In this document: piece after piece, positions 40,480-50,048 of the stretch | Numbering within the stretch: the stretch's first letter is position 1 | How the letters are laid out: each line of letters begins with the position of its first letter | DNA from: Candidatus Dormiibacterota bacterium | GTDB taxonomy: Bacteria; Chloroflexota; Dormibacteria; Aeolococcales; Aeolococcaceae | Assembly: GCA_963709585.1 (NCBI GenBank) | Contig: CAVPXI010000013.1 | Span: 32,001-96,000, forward strand | Direction of reading: 5' to 3' | Length of the DNA: 64,000 nt | The notes under the pieces: generated by a model | What the model saw: only the letters and a program-made list of their open reading frames with translations | Database searches by the model: none | What the model was told of the DNA's origin: nothing | Translations under genes and position numbers: made by a program

Positions 40480-41259
40480 ATGAGCCGTGAGGATTCTCAG
40501 AAAGGGACCCGAACGACCATAATGGTCATCGAGGGCCTCGTTGGAATCGCCGCACTGATCGCTGGGCTCCTCTTCATCGTGCGACCTGACGGCTCTCTGC
40601 TTGGGATGGCCAGGGGCACCCTCTCCGGCACAGGGTTCAGCGACTACCTCGTGCCGGGCATCCTGCTCGTGGTCGTCGTCGCCGGCGGGACCCTTCTCGC
40701 GGCCGGTGCGGTTGGCCTGCGGACGCGCAATGCGGCCGAACTAGTACTCGCCAGCGGGGCGATGCTGCTGCTCTTCGAAGGTGTCGAGGAGGCGCTCATC
40801 GGCTTCAGCCCCGAGCGACCCCTCATTGTTCTTCTCGGTCTCGTCCTCATCGCGTTGTCGCTGCGGCTGGCTGGACCGATGCGAGCGGCTCAAATAGAAC
40901 TCGCGGGGGATAGGTTGGACGTTCAGTTTCCGGGCTCCTCGGCTCTTCTGGCGTTCAAGCGGCCACTCGCGATTCCTCTGGCACATGTCCGACGGGTGGA
41001 TCGCGCGACGCATGGCCCGGAGGAGCAGTGGAAGGGCTTTCTCGGGCTCGGTACATGGCTCCCCGGTGTCATCGGAGCGCCGAGATTCCGTCACGCCGGC
41101 GGCCGCGTGTTCTTGAACGTGAGTGATCCCGCGAACGCCATCGTGCTGCAGCTCGATCAGGAGCACTACTCGCGCCTGGTGATTGACGTGGCAGATCCGG
41201 ACCGAACCATTGCAACCGTCCGCGCGGCAATCGCCGGCCAAACCCGCAGCGCGGCCTGA
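40480..41259 (+). CDS. four-TM membrane protein fused to a PH-like soluble domain
   Basis: AAGGAGG RBS; FSDYLVPGILL motif; C-terminal IPLAHVRRV..GTWLPGVI..RLVIDVADP. Confidence 0.75.
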   Translation: MSREDSQKGTRTTIMVIEGLVGIAALIAGLLFIVRPDGSLLGMARGTLSGTGFSDYLVPGILLVVVVAGGTLLAAGAVGLRTRNAAELVLASGAMLLLFEGVEEALIGFSPERPLIVLLGLVLIALSLRLAGPMRAAQIELAGDRLDVQFPGSSALLAFKRPLAIPLAHVRRVDRATHGPEEQWKGFLGLGTWLPGVIGAPRFRHAGGRVFLNVSDPANAIVLQLDQEHYSRLVIDVADPDRTIATVRAAIAGQTRSAA

Positions 41260-41261
41260 GC

Positions 41262-43592
41262 GTGGCCAGTCGCGGCCCCCGGTTGCCGAACCTGCAAACG
41301 CTGCAGTTACTCGTTGCCGTGACAGGGTTAACCGTGGGCGCGGTTCTGCGCATTGTCGGCGCGGTCGCGCCATCGAACCTTCTCTGGGGTGCCACAGCGG
41401 CGGTCGCCCTGCTGCCAACAACGATCTCTGTTGCGCGTGACCTGCTGCGTCATCGCGCCGGGGTCGACGTCGTCGCGGTGCTGGCTCTGGGTGGCACCCT
41501 CGGTGTCGGTGAGTACCTCGCCGGCGCCGTCATCGCATTCATGCTCGCCACCGGCCGCGAGCTCGAGGCGAGGGCATCTGCACGGGCTCGTCGAGAGCTG
41601 TCCGCCCTCCTCGCGCGAGCACCGACCGTGGTGCACCGCGTTGAAGGCGACACGCTCATCACCCAGGCGATCGACACCGTCCGAACTGGCGATCTGCTCA
41701 TCGTTGCGCCCGGTGAGGTGGTTCCAGTCGATGGCCTGCTGGCAAGTGATATCGCCACCTTCGACGAATCGGCGCTCACCGGTGAAACGGCGCTGGTGGA
41801 ACGCGTGATGAGCGATCCGGTTCGGAGTGGTGGTGTCAATGCGGGTGGCGCGTTTCGTCTCCGCAGTACCGCCACCGCTGATGAGAGCACGTACGCCGGC
41901 ATCGTGCGGCTGGTGCGTCAGGCGCAGGAGTCGCGCGCACCGTTGGTGCGCGTTGCCGACCGGTTTGCCCTGTGGTTCGTGCCTCTGACCATCGCGCTCG
42001 CCGGACTGTCAGGAATCCTCGCTCGCGACCCCGTGCGCGCAGTTGCCGTGTTGGTGGTGGCCACGCCATGCCCGCTCATCCTCGCCGCGCCGATTGCGCT
42101 GGTTGGGGGCATGTCGCGAGCTGCGCGTCGGGGCATCGTGGTCAAGGGCGGCGCGGCGCTCGAAACGCTCGGACGTGCGAATGTCCTGCTCTTCGACAAG
42201 ACGGGCACGCTCACCGAAGGTCGAGCGCGAGTCGCCGACATCGAGACCGACGGCAGCATCAGCGCGGATGAGGTGTTGCAACTCGCCGCGTCGCTGGATC
42301 AGATGTCGACCCACGTACTTGCCCGGCCGATCGTCCAGGCAGCTCGCATCAGGGGCCTTCACCTCGCCCTTCCCGACGACGTACACGAGGACCCCGGCAG
42401 AGGCGTCTGCGGAGGCGTGGCCGGACGGAGCGTGACAATCGGTCGCGCCTCGTATGTCGCGGACGGCAGCGTAGTGCCGGCTTGGGCCGCGCGCGTGCGC
42501 AGACGCACTGCCTACGAGGGCCTCGCCAACGTGTTCGTGGGCGTCGACGGGATTCTGGTCGGCGCGATGGTGCTCGAGGACCCGCTCCGCCCCGACAGCG
42601 GCCGTGCCGTCGCACGTCTCCGGCGGGCCGGGATGCGCCGTATGGTGATGGTCACCGGGGACCATCCGGACGTGGCCCAGGCCGTCGCGTCGGCAATCGG
42701 CGTCGATGCGGTCTATGCCGAGCGCAGCCCAGCCGAGAAGGTCGACGTCGTGCGTGAGGAGCGCCAGCGAGGCGTCGTCGTGATGGTTGGCGACGGCATC
42801 AATGACGCCCCGGCGCTGGCCGCTGCTGACGTCGGTGTCGCCATGGGAGTTCGGGGGGCCACGGCGTCATCCGAAGCCGCAGACGTGGTGCTCATGGTCG
42901 ACCGCATCGATCAACTCGCCGAAGCGGTCCAGATTGCCCGCCGCTCCCACCACATCGCATTGCAGAGCATCGCCGTCGGTATGGGACTCTCGCTCGTCGC
43001 CATGGGCATTGCTGCAACCGGCGGGCTCGTGCCCGTTGTCGGCGCCGTCGTGCAGGAAGCGATCGATGTCGCTGTGATTCTCAACGCACTGCGCGCCCGC
43101 GGTGGCCGGGAGGAGCCGCGACCTTCCGAAGTGGCGCTGAGTGCCGGACGTCAGGTGCTTCTCGAGCACGCGGCGATGGAATGCGAGACAGCGCAGCTCA
43201 GAAGTCTCGCCGATGAGCTCGGGCACCTTCCGAGGGCCGCTGCCCGCATCCGCCTTGAAGAGGTGAAACGATTTCTGCGCGACGACCTTCTGCCGCACGA
43301 GCAGGAGGAAGAGCAGCATCTGTACCCGGTGGTCTCCCGTTACATCGGGGGCCCGGAGAGCGTGGCGGTGGCGCGCCGCGAGCACGCCGAGGTGGCACAT
43401 CTGTCGCGCGTGCTCAGCGGCATGATCGACGCACTGGATCCGGGCGGTCCCGATGACGAGGATCTGATCGGACTGCGCCGCGTTCTGTATAGCCTGTCGG
43501 CGGTCCTGAGCCTGCACCGGTCCGGGGAGGAGGAACGTCTCATCGCCGTGGTTGGCGAGCACGACGAAACGCCGATTCGCAGAACAGGATGA
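41262..43592 (+). CDS. P1B-5-type heavy-metal P-type ATPase with C-terminal hemerythrin domain
   Basis: TGE, TPCP, DKTGT, TGD, GDGIND and QEAID motifs; C-terminal EH...HEQEEE..LYP...EH...HRSGEE. Confidence 0.9.
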   Translation: MASRGPRLPNLQTLQLLVAVTGLTVGAVLRIVGAVAPSNLLWGATAAVALLPTTISVARDLLRHRAGVDVVAVLALGGTLGVGEYLAGAVIAFMLATGRELEARASARARRELSALLARAPTVVHRVEGDTLITQAIDTVRTGDLLIVAPGEVVPVDGLLASDIATFDESALTGETALVERVMSDPVRSGGVNAGGAFRLRSTATADESTYAGIVRLVRQAQESRAPLVRVADRFALWFVPLTIALAGLSGILARDPVRAVAVLVVATPCPLILAAPIALVGGMSRAARRGIVVKGGAALETLGRANVLLFDKTGTLTEGRARVADIETDGSISADEVLQLAASLDQMSTHVLARPIVQAARIRGLHLALPDDVHEDPGRGVCGGVAGRSVTIGRASYVADGSVVPAWAARVRRRTAYEGLANVFVGVDGILVGAMVLEDPLRPDSGRAVARLRRAGMRRMVMVTGDHPDVAQAVASAIGVDAVYAERSPAEKVDVVREERQRGVVVMVGDGINDAPALAAADVGVAMGVRGATASSEAADVVLMVDRIDQLAEAVQIARRSHHIALQSIAVGMGLSLVAMGIAATGGLVPVVGAVVQEAIDVAVILNALRARGGREEPRPSEVALSAGRQVLLEHAAMECETAQLRSLADELGHLPRAAARIRLEEVKRFLRDDLLPHEQEEEQHLYPVVSRYIGGPESVAVARREHAEVAHLSRVLSGMIDALDPGGPDDEDLIGLRRVLYSLSAVLSLHRSGEEERLIAVVGEHDETPIRRTG

Positions 43593-46015
43593 CCCGGCAG
43601 GCGTTGACGCCCGTCGCCGCCGACGGCGCTCTCGACGTGGCGCGGGAGCAGGGCCTCAGCTCAGACGAGGTGGCGCAGCGGCAGCTTCGGGGTGAGGTCA
43701 ACTCGGTGCCAACTGGAACGAGTCGTTCGGTGGTCTCGATTCTCGCCGCCAACCTCTTCACCAGGTTCAACGTGTTGCTCGGCATTCTGCTGGTGGCGAT
43801 TCTTGTCATCGGGCCGCTTCAGGACGCCCTCTTCGGTCTCGTGTTGATCGTGAACACACCGATTGGCATCGCTCAGGAGCTCCGCGCCAAGCGGACACTC
43901 GATCGGCTCGCTGTGCTCACCACCCCTACGGCTCGCGTCATTCGCGATGGTGCGGAGCAGGAGATCCCCGCAACGGCTCTTGTGGTTGGGGATGTCATCG
44001 ATCTTCATACAGGTGATCAGGTGCCGGTGGACGGCAGCGTTATGCATGGCAATGGGCTCGAGATCGACGAGTCGCTGGTCACCGGCGAATCGGCTCCGGC
44101 TGAGAAGCGCAATGGCGACGAGGTGCTGTCGGGCAGTTTTGTCGTCGGGGGCAGCGGCTTGATTCGGAGTACCAAGGTGGGACTGGCGGCGTACGGAAAC
44201 GCTCTCGCCGCTGAAGCGCGTCGCTTCGCGCCCGTGCGATCCGAGGTGCGCCGCGGCATCGACCGGCTGCTCCTCATCATCGCGATACTGATCGTCCCCT
44301 TCGGCGCCGCACTGATCGTGAGCCAGATCGAGGCCAATGACACTCCCGTCGAGGCGGTGCGTTCTTCCGTCGCCGGGCTCGTGACGATGATCCCCGAGGG
44401 ACTCGTGCTGCTGACCAGCGTCGTCTTCGCCATCGCCGCCGTCCGGTTCGCGCAGCGCGGTCTGGTCGCTCAGGAATTGGGCAGCGTCGAGATGCTGGCT
44501 CGGGCTGATGTGGTGTGCCTCGACAAGACCGGAACACTCACCGATGGGCAACTCAGCGTTGAAACCGTGGTGGCTCTCGGAGGCGACGACAGCAGCGTCG
44601 TCGCTGCGCTCGGCGCGCTCGCAGCAGTGGATCCTCATCCCAATTCGACGCTGGCAGCGCTGGCGCGTGCATTTCCGACGCCGATGGATTGGACGCCGAC
44701 CAGCGTCGTGCCCTTCTCGTCCGGGCGCAAGTGGAGTGGCGCTACCTTCGAAGGTCGAGGCTCGTGGATCCTCGGAGCGCCGGAGGTGCTCACGCTCGCG
44801 CCCGACGCATCAGGTATGCGTGAGAAAGCGGAGCAATGTGCGGAAGCAGGGAACCGGGTCATGCTGATCGGGCGGCTGAGTTCGCTGCCCGCGATCGATG
44901 AAGCCATGACCTCTGTCGAGCCGCTCGCGTTAGTCGTCCTCCGTGAACGCCTCCGTCCGGATGCGACCCGGATCCTCGCGTACTACCGGGATCAGGGCGT
45001 CGCGGTCAAGATTCTCTCCGGCGATCATCCCGCCACCGTCGCCGCCCTGGCGGCGTCGGCTGGTATGCAGGGAGCTGATCACCCGCTTTCCGGCCCCGAC
45101 CTTCCAGGTGATGTCGCGGAGTTGGAGCGCCTCGCGGAGACGACGGCCGTTTTCGGCCGCCTGAGTCCGCAGCAGAAACGCGATCTTGTGCATGCCCTCC
45201 AGGCGCGCGGACATGTTGTCGCCATGACCGGCGACGGGGTGAATGATGTTCTGGCACTCAAAGCGGCGGATGTCAGCGTCGCGATGGGGTCCGGGAGCGC
45301 GGCCGCACGAGCTGTTGCACGTCTTACTCTCGTCCATGATTCATTCGGCAGCGTTCCGTTCGCCATAGGCGAAGGCCGCCGCGTGATTGCGAACCTGGAG
45401 CGGGTCGCGACCTTCTTCCTCACCAAGTCGGTCTACGCCATGGTGCTCGCGGCCGCCGTGGCACTACGCGCAACGCCCTTCCCACTCCTCCCACGACAAC
45501 TCTCGCTCATCGGGCTGCTGGCCATCGGTGTCCCGGCCTTCGCTCTGTCGTTCGCCCCGAGCGCGGAGCGAGCTCGATCAGGTTTCGTCTCGCGAACGCT
45601 GACCTTCGCAATTCCAGCCGGTGTCGTCGCCGGCGTTGCATCCTACGTGGCATTTGAGATCGCGATTGCCGCCGGGAGCAGCATCGATGACTCCAGAACC
45701 GTTGCCACGGTCGTGCTGCTCGGCATCGGCCTCTGGATTGTCGGACGCGTGGCCCAACCGATCGGCTGGTGGCGCCTCGGTCTCCTGGCTGCGATGGCTG
45801 CAGGAGCAGTGCTCGCCTTCACGCTCGAGGTCGGCCGCTTCGTCTATGGGCTGGCGCTGCTCGACCCCGGTGAGTGGCTCGAGGCCGCCGCAATCACCGC
45901 GCTGGCCATCGTCGTATTAGCGCTTGCCTTGCGCATCAGCGCCCGCCTCACAGTTGGGCTGCATCGGCGTGCACGCCGTTCGAGCGCCATGACCGTGAAA
46001 GGTGCCCTTCCCTAG
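43589..46015 (+). CDS. cation-transporting P-type ATPase (CtpE-like)
   Basis: TGES, IPEGL, DKTGT, PFSS.RKWS, GDGVND; ATGA overlap with the upstream gene. Confidence 0.92.
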   Translation: MTRQALTPVAADGALDVAREQGLSSDEVAQRQLRGEVNSVPTGTSRSVVSILAANLFTRFNVLLGILLVAILVIGPLQDALFGLVLIVNTPIGIAQELRAKRTLDRLAVLTTPTARVIRDGAEQEIPATALVVGDVIDLHTGDQVPVDGSVMHGNGLEIDESLVTGESAPAEKRNGDEVLSGSFVVGGSGLIRSTKVGLAAYGNALAAEARRFAPVRSEVRRGIDRLLLIIAILIVPFGAALIVSQIEANDTPVEAVRSSVAGLVTMIPEGLVLLTSVVFAIAAVRFAQRGLVAQELGSVEMLARADVVCLDKTGTLTDGQLSVETVVALGGDDSSVVAALGALAAVDPHPNSTLAALARAFPTPMDWTPTSVVPFSSGRKWSGATFEGRGSWILGAPEVLTLAPDASGMREKAEQCAEAGNRVMLIGRLSSLPAIDEAMTSVEPLALVVLRERLRPDATRILAYYRDQGVAVKILSGDHPATVAALAASAGMQGADHPLSGPDLPGDVAELERLAETTAVFGRLSPQQKRDLVHALQARGHVVAMTGDGVNDVLALKAADVSVAMGSGSAAARAVARLTLVHDSFGSVPFAIGEGRRVIANLERVATFFLTKSVYAMVLAAAVALRATPFPLLPRQLSLIGLLAIGVPAFALSFAPSAERARSGFVSRTLTFAIPAGVVAGVASYVAFEIAIAAGSSIDDSRTVATVVLLGIGLWIVGRVAQPIGWWRLGLLAAMAAGAVLAFTLEVGRFVYGLALLDPGEWLEAAAITALAIVVLALALRISARLTVGLHRRARRSSAMTVKGALP

Positions 46016-47106
46016 CCAGCCGGGAGCTCACCCACGGTCGCCGAGACGACTCGCTCGGCCCCGGCGGCCGTGATCACAGTGAGTGAGATCACCTGACCCG
46101 GTCGGCTGTCAGCGAGCGCCACTGAAAGGTCTGTCGTCGTTCGAATCCGCACGCTCGCGAACTGAACGATGACGTCTCCGGTTGTCAGCCCAGCCGATGC
46201 CGCTGAGCTGCCGGCCATCACCGCGGTAATCAAGGCGCCGACCGGAGTGTTCGTGCTGTCGACGACCGTGCTCGCGCGGACTTCGAGGTCCGCGCGATGC
46301 GAATTCACGACATGGCCATTGGTAATGATCTGGCTCGTGATGTCTTTGACCGTGTTGGCCGGAATGGCGAAACCGATGCCGTTTGCAGCGGCGCCCAGGG
46401 TCGGGTCGCCGGCAGTAAGTGTTGGGATCCCGACGACCTGCCCAGCGAGGTTGACCAGCGCGCCCCCGCTGTTGCCCGGGTTGATTGCCGCACTCGTCTG
46501 GATGGTGTCGGGAAGTGTGATGCCGCCAGGTTCGGAGACCGTCCGATCTACGGCGCTGACGATTCCCTCAGTCACGCTGCTCTGAAGCCCGAGCGGGTTA
46601 CCGATGGCGAGCACGATCATGCCGACCTTCAGAGTGGCAGAGTCCGCGAATGCGGCAGGGTCGAGGTGACCCGCGACATGGATGACCGCGAGGTCGCCGG
46701 CGGCGAAGGTGCCCACCAGCGAAGCGGCCTGCGTTTTGCCTTCCGCAGTGGTGACCTCGATGGTCGACGCACCGGAGACGACATGGTTGTTGGTCACCAC
46801 ATCGCCGTTGTCGTTGAGGACGACTCCAGAGCCCAGACCGAGGTTGGTCTGAATCTGCACGATCGAAGGACGCACCCTGTCCACCACTCCGACAAAAGCG
46901 TTCTGCAGGTCAGTGGCAGCGGAGCCGGAGCCAGTCCCGGCGGAGGTCGTTGCTGTGGGCGAGCCGGACGGTGCGTTTGCCGGCTGACTGCTGCACCCGG
47001 TGAACACGATGGCGATGAGCATCGCGCCCAAGCCCGCAACGAGTTTCAGCGTCCGAGGTCTGCGCATCGGGCGCCGCGCGAGTGCGGCCGTGCCGACCCT
47101 TGTCAT
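46012..47106 (-). CDS. HtrA/S1C serine protease with PDZ domain (probable lipoprotein)
   Basis: GSGV, TNNHV, DLAV, AINPGNSGG; FTGC lipobox-like motif. Confidence 0.92.
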   Translation of the reverse strand: MTRVGTAALARRPMRRPRTLKLVAGLGAMLIAIVFTGCSSQPANAPSGSPTATTSAGTGSGSAATDLQNAFVGVVDRVRPSIVQIQTNLGLGSGVVLNDNGDVVTNNHVVSGASTIEVTTAEGKTQAASLVGTFAAGDLAVIHVAGHLDPAAFADSATLKVGMIVLAIGNPLGLQSSVTEGIVSAVDRTVSEPGGITLPDTIQTSAAINPGNSGGALVNLAGQVVGIPTLTAGDPTLGAAANGIGFAIPANTVKDITSQIITNGHVVNSHRADLEVRASTVVDSTNTPVGALITAVMAGSSAASAGLTTGDVIVQFASVRIRTTTDLSVALADSRPGQVISLTVITAAGAERVVSATVGELPAG

Positions 47107-47319
47107 TCCAACTTCTCACGATCCAGTGTGGCCGAGCTGGCAGTCCAGCCTGCTCACACCACCTTCGCCGCTTGTAGCGATGGCCACAAGAGGAAGAGGT
47201 CCTACGCCGGGAAGGACCTAGGGCACATGACTTCCTGGCTTGCGCCAGTTGCTCATCACGACCGCAATGCTCCAGCAGGGTCCAGGCTACCAACTGAGGG
47301 CGACGCTTCGACGGGGATG

Positions 47320-47334
47320 ATGACCTTCGGCCCT
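47320..47334. promoter_or_regulatory. DosR/DevR-like binding box
   Basis: ATGACCTTCGGCCCT upstream of 47401. Confidence 0.55.
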
Positions 47335-47400
47335 GGTTAAGCGCGCAGGGAGGTGCGAGCCTTGATTCATGAATGAATACCGTTGTAGCGAGGGCTGATA

Positions 47401-47826
47401 ATGAATCGTGGAATGCGCCGCACCGTGCTCCTCGACCTGAACCTGTTTCTCGGCGTCACCGCAGTCGCCGGCGGCGTCGCCTTGCTCACGGGATGGATCA
47501 AGATGCCGCTGAGCTCACTCGCGGGCAGTCCGTTCAGTGACTACACGGTCCCGGCAATTCTGCTCGTCGTCGCGGTCGGCGGCACGGCCTTGCTCGCGGC
47601 ATGGCTCGTTCACCTGAAGCTGAGTGTCGGCGTTCCAGCATCAGTAGTCGCGGGGGGAGCGATCATGGTCTACGAGATCGTTGAGTGGAGCGTGATCGGC
47701 TTCGCGTGGCTGCAGGCAGCATATATGGCGATCGGTGTTCTCATCATCGGCCTCGCCATTTGGGTGCGTCTTGCACAGGTCTCTGGTCGAGCCGAGCGCC
47801 AAGGATCGCCGCACGCGATCCACTGA
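47401..47826 (+). CDS. four-TM membrane protein
   Basis: LAGSPFSDYTVPAILL; paralog of the N-terminal half of 40480-41259. Confidence 0.8.
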   Translation: MNRGMRRTVLLDLNLFLGVTAVAGGVALLTGWIKMPLSSLAGSPFSDYTVPAILLVVAVGGTALLAAWLVHLKLSVGVPASVVAGGAIMVYEIVEWSVIGFAWLQAAYMAIGVLIIGLAIWVRLAQVSGRAERQGSPHAIH

Positions 47827-47998
47827 CCGATGGCGCAACCGTCTCCTCATTGGTCGCAACGCGTCCTCGGCCGCCGTTGACGCCAGGATTCCGATGACAT
47901 TCGACCCCGGACTTGGATGCCCTTGAGCACTGGAGAACAGAGCGTCTGTGCGGAGATACTGAATCCAGTGATCTCGTTGTCGCCATCGGAGGAAGATC

Positions 47999-48544
47999 AT
48001 GTCCGCTCAAACCCAACGCCGCCTGGAACGGCCCGAAGACCGAGTCATCGCGGGCGTGTGTCACGGCCTCGGCAGTTACTTCGACATGGATCCCGTCGTG
48101 GTTCGAATCGTCTTCGTGATCCTCACCGCAGCCGGTGGCGCAGGAGTGCTCGCGTATCTGATTCTTTGGATTGTGATGCCGACAGCTGGATCAACCGTCG
48201 CGACCGGCGGAGCAGGCATCGGTGAGGGAGTCCGCACCATGGCGACCGATTTGAAGGACGTCGGGCGCGAGTTCGGCAGCTCGGTGGCGGGCGCATGGCC
48301 GCCTCCACCGCCACCCCCGACCTATCCGTCGGGCGTTGACCAGGCGTCAGCCTCGCGGGCAGCGCGAAAAGCTGGGTATCGGCACGAGCGCGGTGTGCCG
48401 ATTCTTGGCCTCGCCCTCATCGTCCTGGGACTGTGGCTTCTTCTCGCCAATCTCGGCGTGCTCGACTGGGCGAGCGCGCGATACGTCTGGCCGGTTGCTC
48501 TTGTGGTTCTCGGTTTCGCCCTGCTCATACAACGTCTGCGCTGA
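47999..48544 (+). CDS. PspC domain protein with C-terminal LiaF/DUF5668-like TM hairpin
   Basis: RLERPEDRVIAGVCHGLGSYF..AYLILWIVMP; GLALIVLG..WPVALVVLG. Confidence 0.88.
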   Translation: MSAQTQRRLERPEDRVIAGVCHGLGSYFDMDPVVVRIVFVILTAAGGAGVLAYLILWIVMPTAGSTVATGGAGIGEGVRTMATDLKDVGREFGSSVAGAWPPPPPPPTYPSGVDQASASRAARKAGYRHERGVPILGLALIVLGLWLLLANLGVLDWASARYVWPVALVVLGFALLIQRLR

Positions 48545-48693
48545 GCACCAGGTCGAGACCGACTTCATCCTCTCGAAAGGGTGCACAGCGCAAGCTGTGA
48601 AAGCCCCCTCTTGGAGAGTCGCCGCATCGGGTCCACTACCCGCCAGCGGCGGCTCTCTTCCGCGCTGTCTCTGCGTAGCTTCACCACGCTCGT

Positions 48694-49020
48694 TCAGGGC
48701 TTCTTGACAACTGCAGAGCCGCCGGAAACGGTGACAGCGCTGGCCGCAGTGCCGGCGGTCGCTGTTCCTGGCGAAAGCGTGGTGGTCGTCGTCTTTGAGA
48801 TGACCCCGTCGTCACCGGTTGTGATGACGGTGGTCACCGTTCGCACGGCCGACACTGCCGGGATCGCCGTCTTTGTCGGAGCGCCGATGGCCACAAAATA
48901 GCCGACAAGACCGACCCCTGCGATACCCGCGGCGCCGGCGACCGCCTTGATCTTGCGGCGCAGAGCCAGGGCGCGATCTCGTCGCTCGACACGATCCTGA
49001 TGTGGCGGTACGGGTGACAT
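48694..49020 (-). CDS. small exported Thr-rich protein ending in VTVSGGS
   Basis: Arg-rich N-terminus, TM/signal, T-rich linker; GGAG RBS; divergent from the apbE operon. Confidence 0.65.
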   Translation of the reverse strand: MSPVPPHQDRVERRDRALALRRKIKAVAGAAGIAGVGLVGYFVAIGAPTKTAIPAVSAVRTVTTVITTGDDGVISKTTTTTLSPGTATAGTAASAVTVSGGSAVVKKP

Positions 49021-49162
49021 GTTGGTTCTCCGGAAGTTGCGTCTTGAGTGACATCAGCGTCCCATCGATGGCTGGCGACAACCTTGACGAATGCTCTGAG
49101 TTCGCTGAGACATCAGTCGATGCGGCGCCGCGATCAGCCGGCACGAGATCGATGCGTCTCAG

Positions 49163-49666
49163 GTGCGGGCGGCTCCATCGTCGTCAAGAAATCATGACGA
49201 CGCGGCAGACCGTATCCAACCTGGGATCTACCGCGACTTAGTGGCATGGATCAGGCGCCGTAGTGGCGCTCGCAACCCGGAGGACATCTTGCGCCGTCAT
49301 GCTCGTTCTCACTTCTTCTCCACGGTCGTACTCGTTGGGCTGGCCGGGGTCGTCACCGGCGTCGGTGCCGCAGGCCACATCGGCCCCTTCGCGGCGCTCG
49401 GCGCCGCTGCTCAGCACACCGTCGCCGCCCAGCTCCCGGGTGCCCCGCTTCGGGCCGACAGCCTTTATCCGGCTCCGACAAAGCCTCCGACCGTCCATGA
49501 AATCATCGTGATCACCGACCCGGCGCCAACTTCACGGCCCGGGTCTGGTTACTCGGCAGGTGGCCACAGCTCGACGGCGACACCCTGGCCGACCGTCACA
49601 GCTTCCCCGACACCGTGGTGCGATGACAGTTGTGGTGGTGGCGGCGGCGGTGGTGGAGACAACTGA
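49163..49666 (+). CDS. exported Pro/Thr-rich hypothetical protein with poly-Gly tail (start uncertain)
   Basis: Single TM, Pro-rich, ends WCDDSCGGGGGGGGDN. Confidence 0.55.
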   Translation: MRAAPSSSRNHDDAADRIQPGIYRDLVAWIRRRSGARNPEDILRRHARSHFFSTVVLVGLAGVVTGVGAAGHIGPFAALGAAAQHTVAAQLPGAPLRADSLYPAPTKPPTVHEIIVITDPAPTSRPGSGYSAGGHSSTATPWPTVTASPTPWCDDSCGGGGGGGGDN

Positions 49667-49667
49667 G

Positions 49668-50048
49668 GTGGCGCACTATCGACCCGACGACCGCGACAAG
49701 GCGCTCAAGCGAGTTGCGTCATGGACGATCGGCGGCGTCTCTGGCGTCGTAGCGGTCACCGGAGCCCTGTCGGCGGTCAGCGCAGCGGGTTTTGCTGCCG
49801 CGACGAGCGCGCCGCTCGAGCGCGTGCCGTCGATTCCTCCCGAAGCAGCTCCGATCCAATCGACACCACCCTCGCCGGCCGTGATCATCAAAGTTGTCCA
49901 CGTTCCGGCTTCGGCAGGAGCCTACCGCGGGGCGCGCGGGATCTCCCCGCCTCGCGTAGCGCCCGGCGGCGTCGCGAAGGGTTCATCGCCACCGCCTCCT
50001 CCCCCGCCGCCACCGGTATGTCACTCGACGCCAACACATCCGTGTTGA
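49668..50048 (+). CDS. exported Pro-rich hypothetical protein
   Basis: DDRDKALKR, signal/TM, poly-Pro, ends CHSTPTHPC; stop overlaps the apbE start. Confidence 0.6.
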   Translation: MAHYRPDDRDKALKRVASWTIGGVSGVVAVTGALSAVSAAGFAAATSAPLERVPSIPPEAAPIQSTPPSPAVIIKVVHVPASAGAYRGARGISPPRVAPGGVAKGSSPPPPPPPPPVCHSTPTHPC

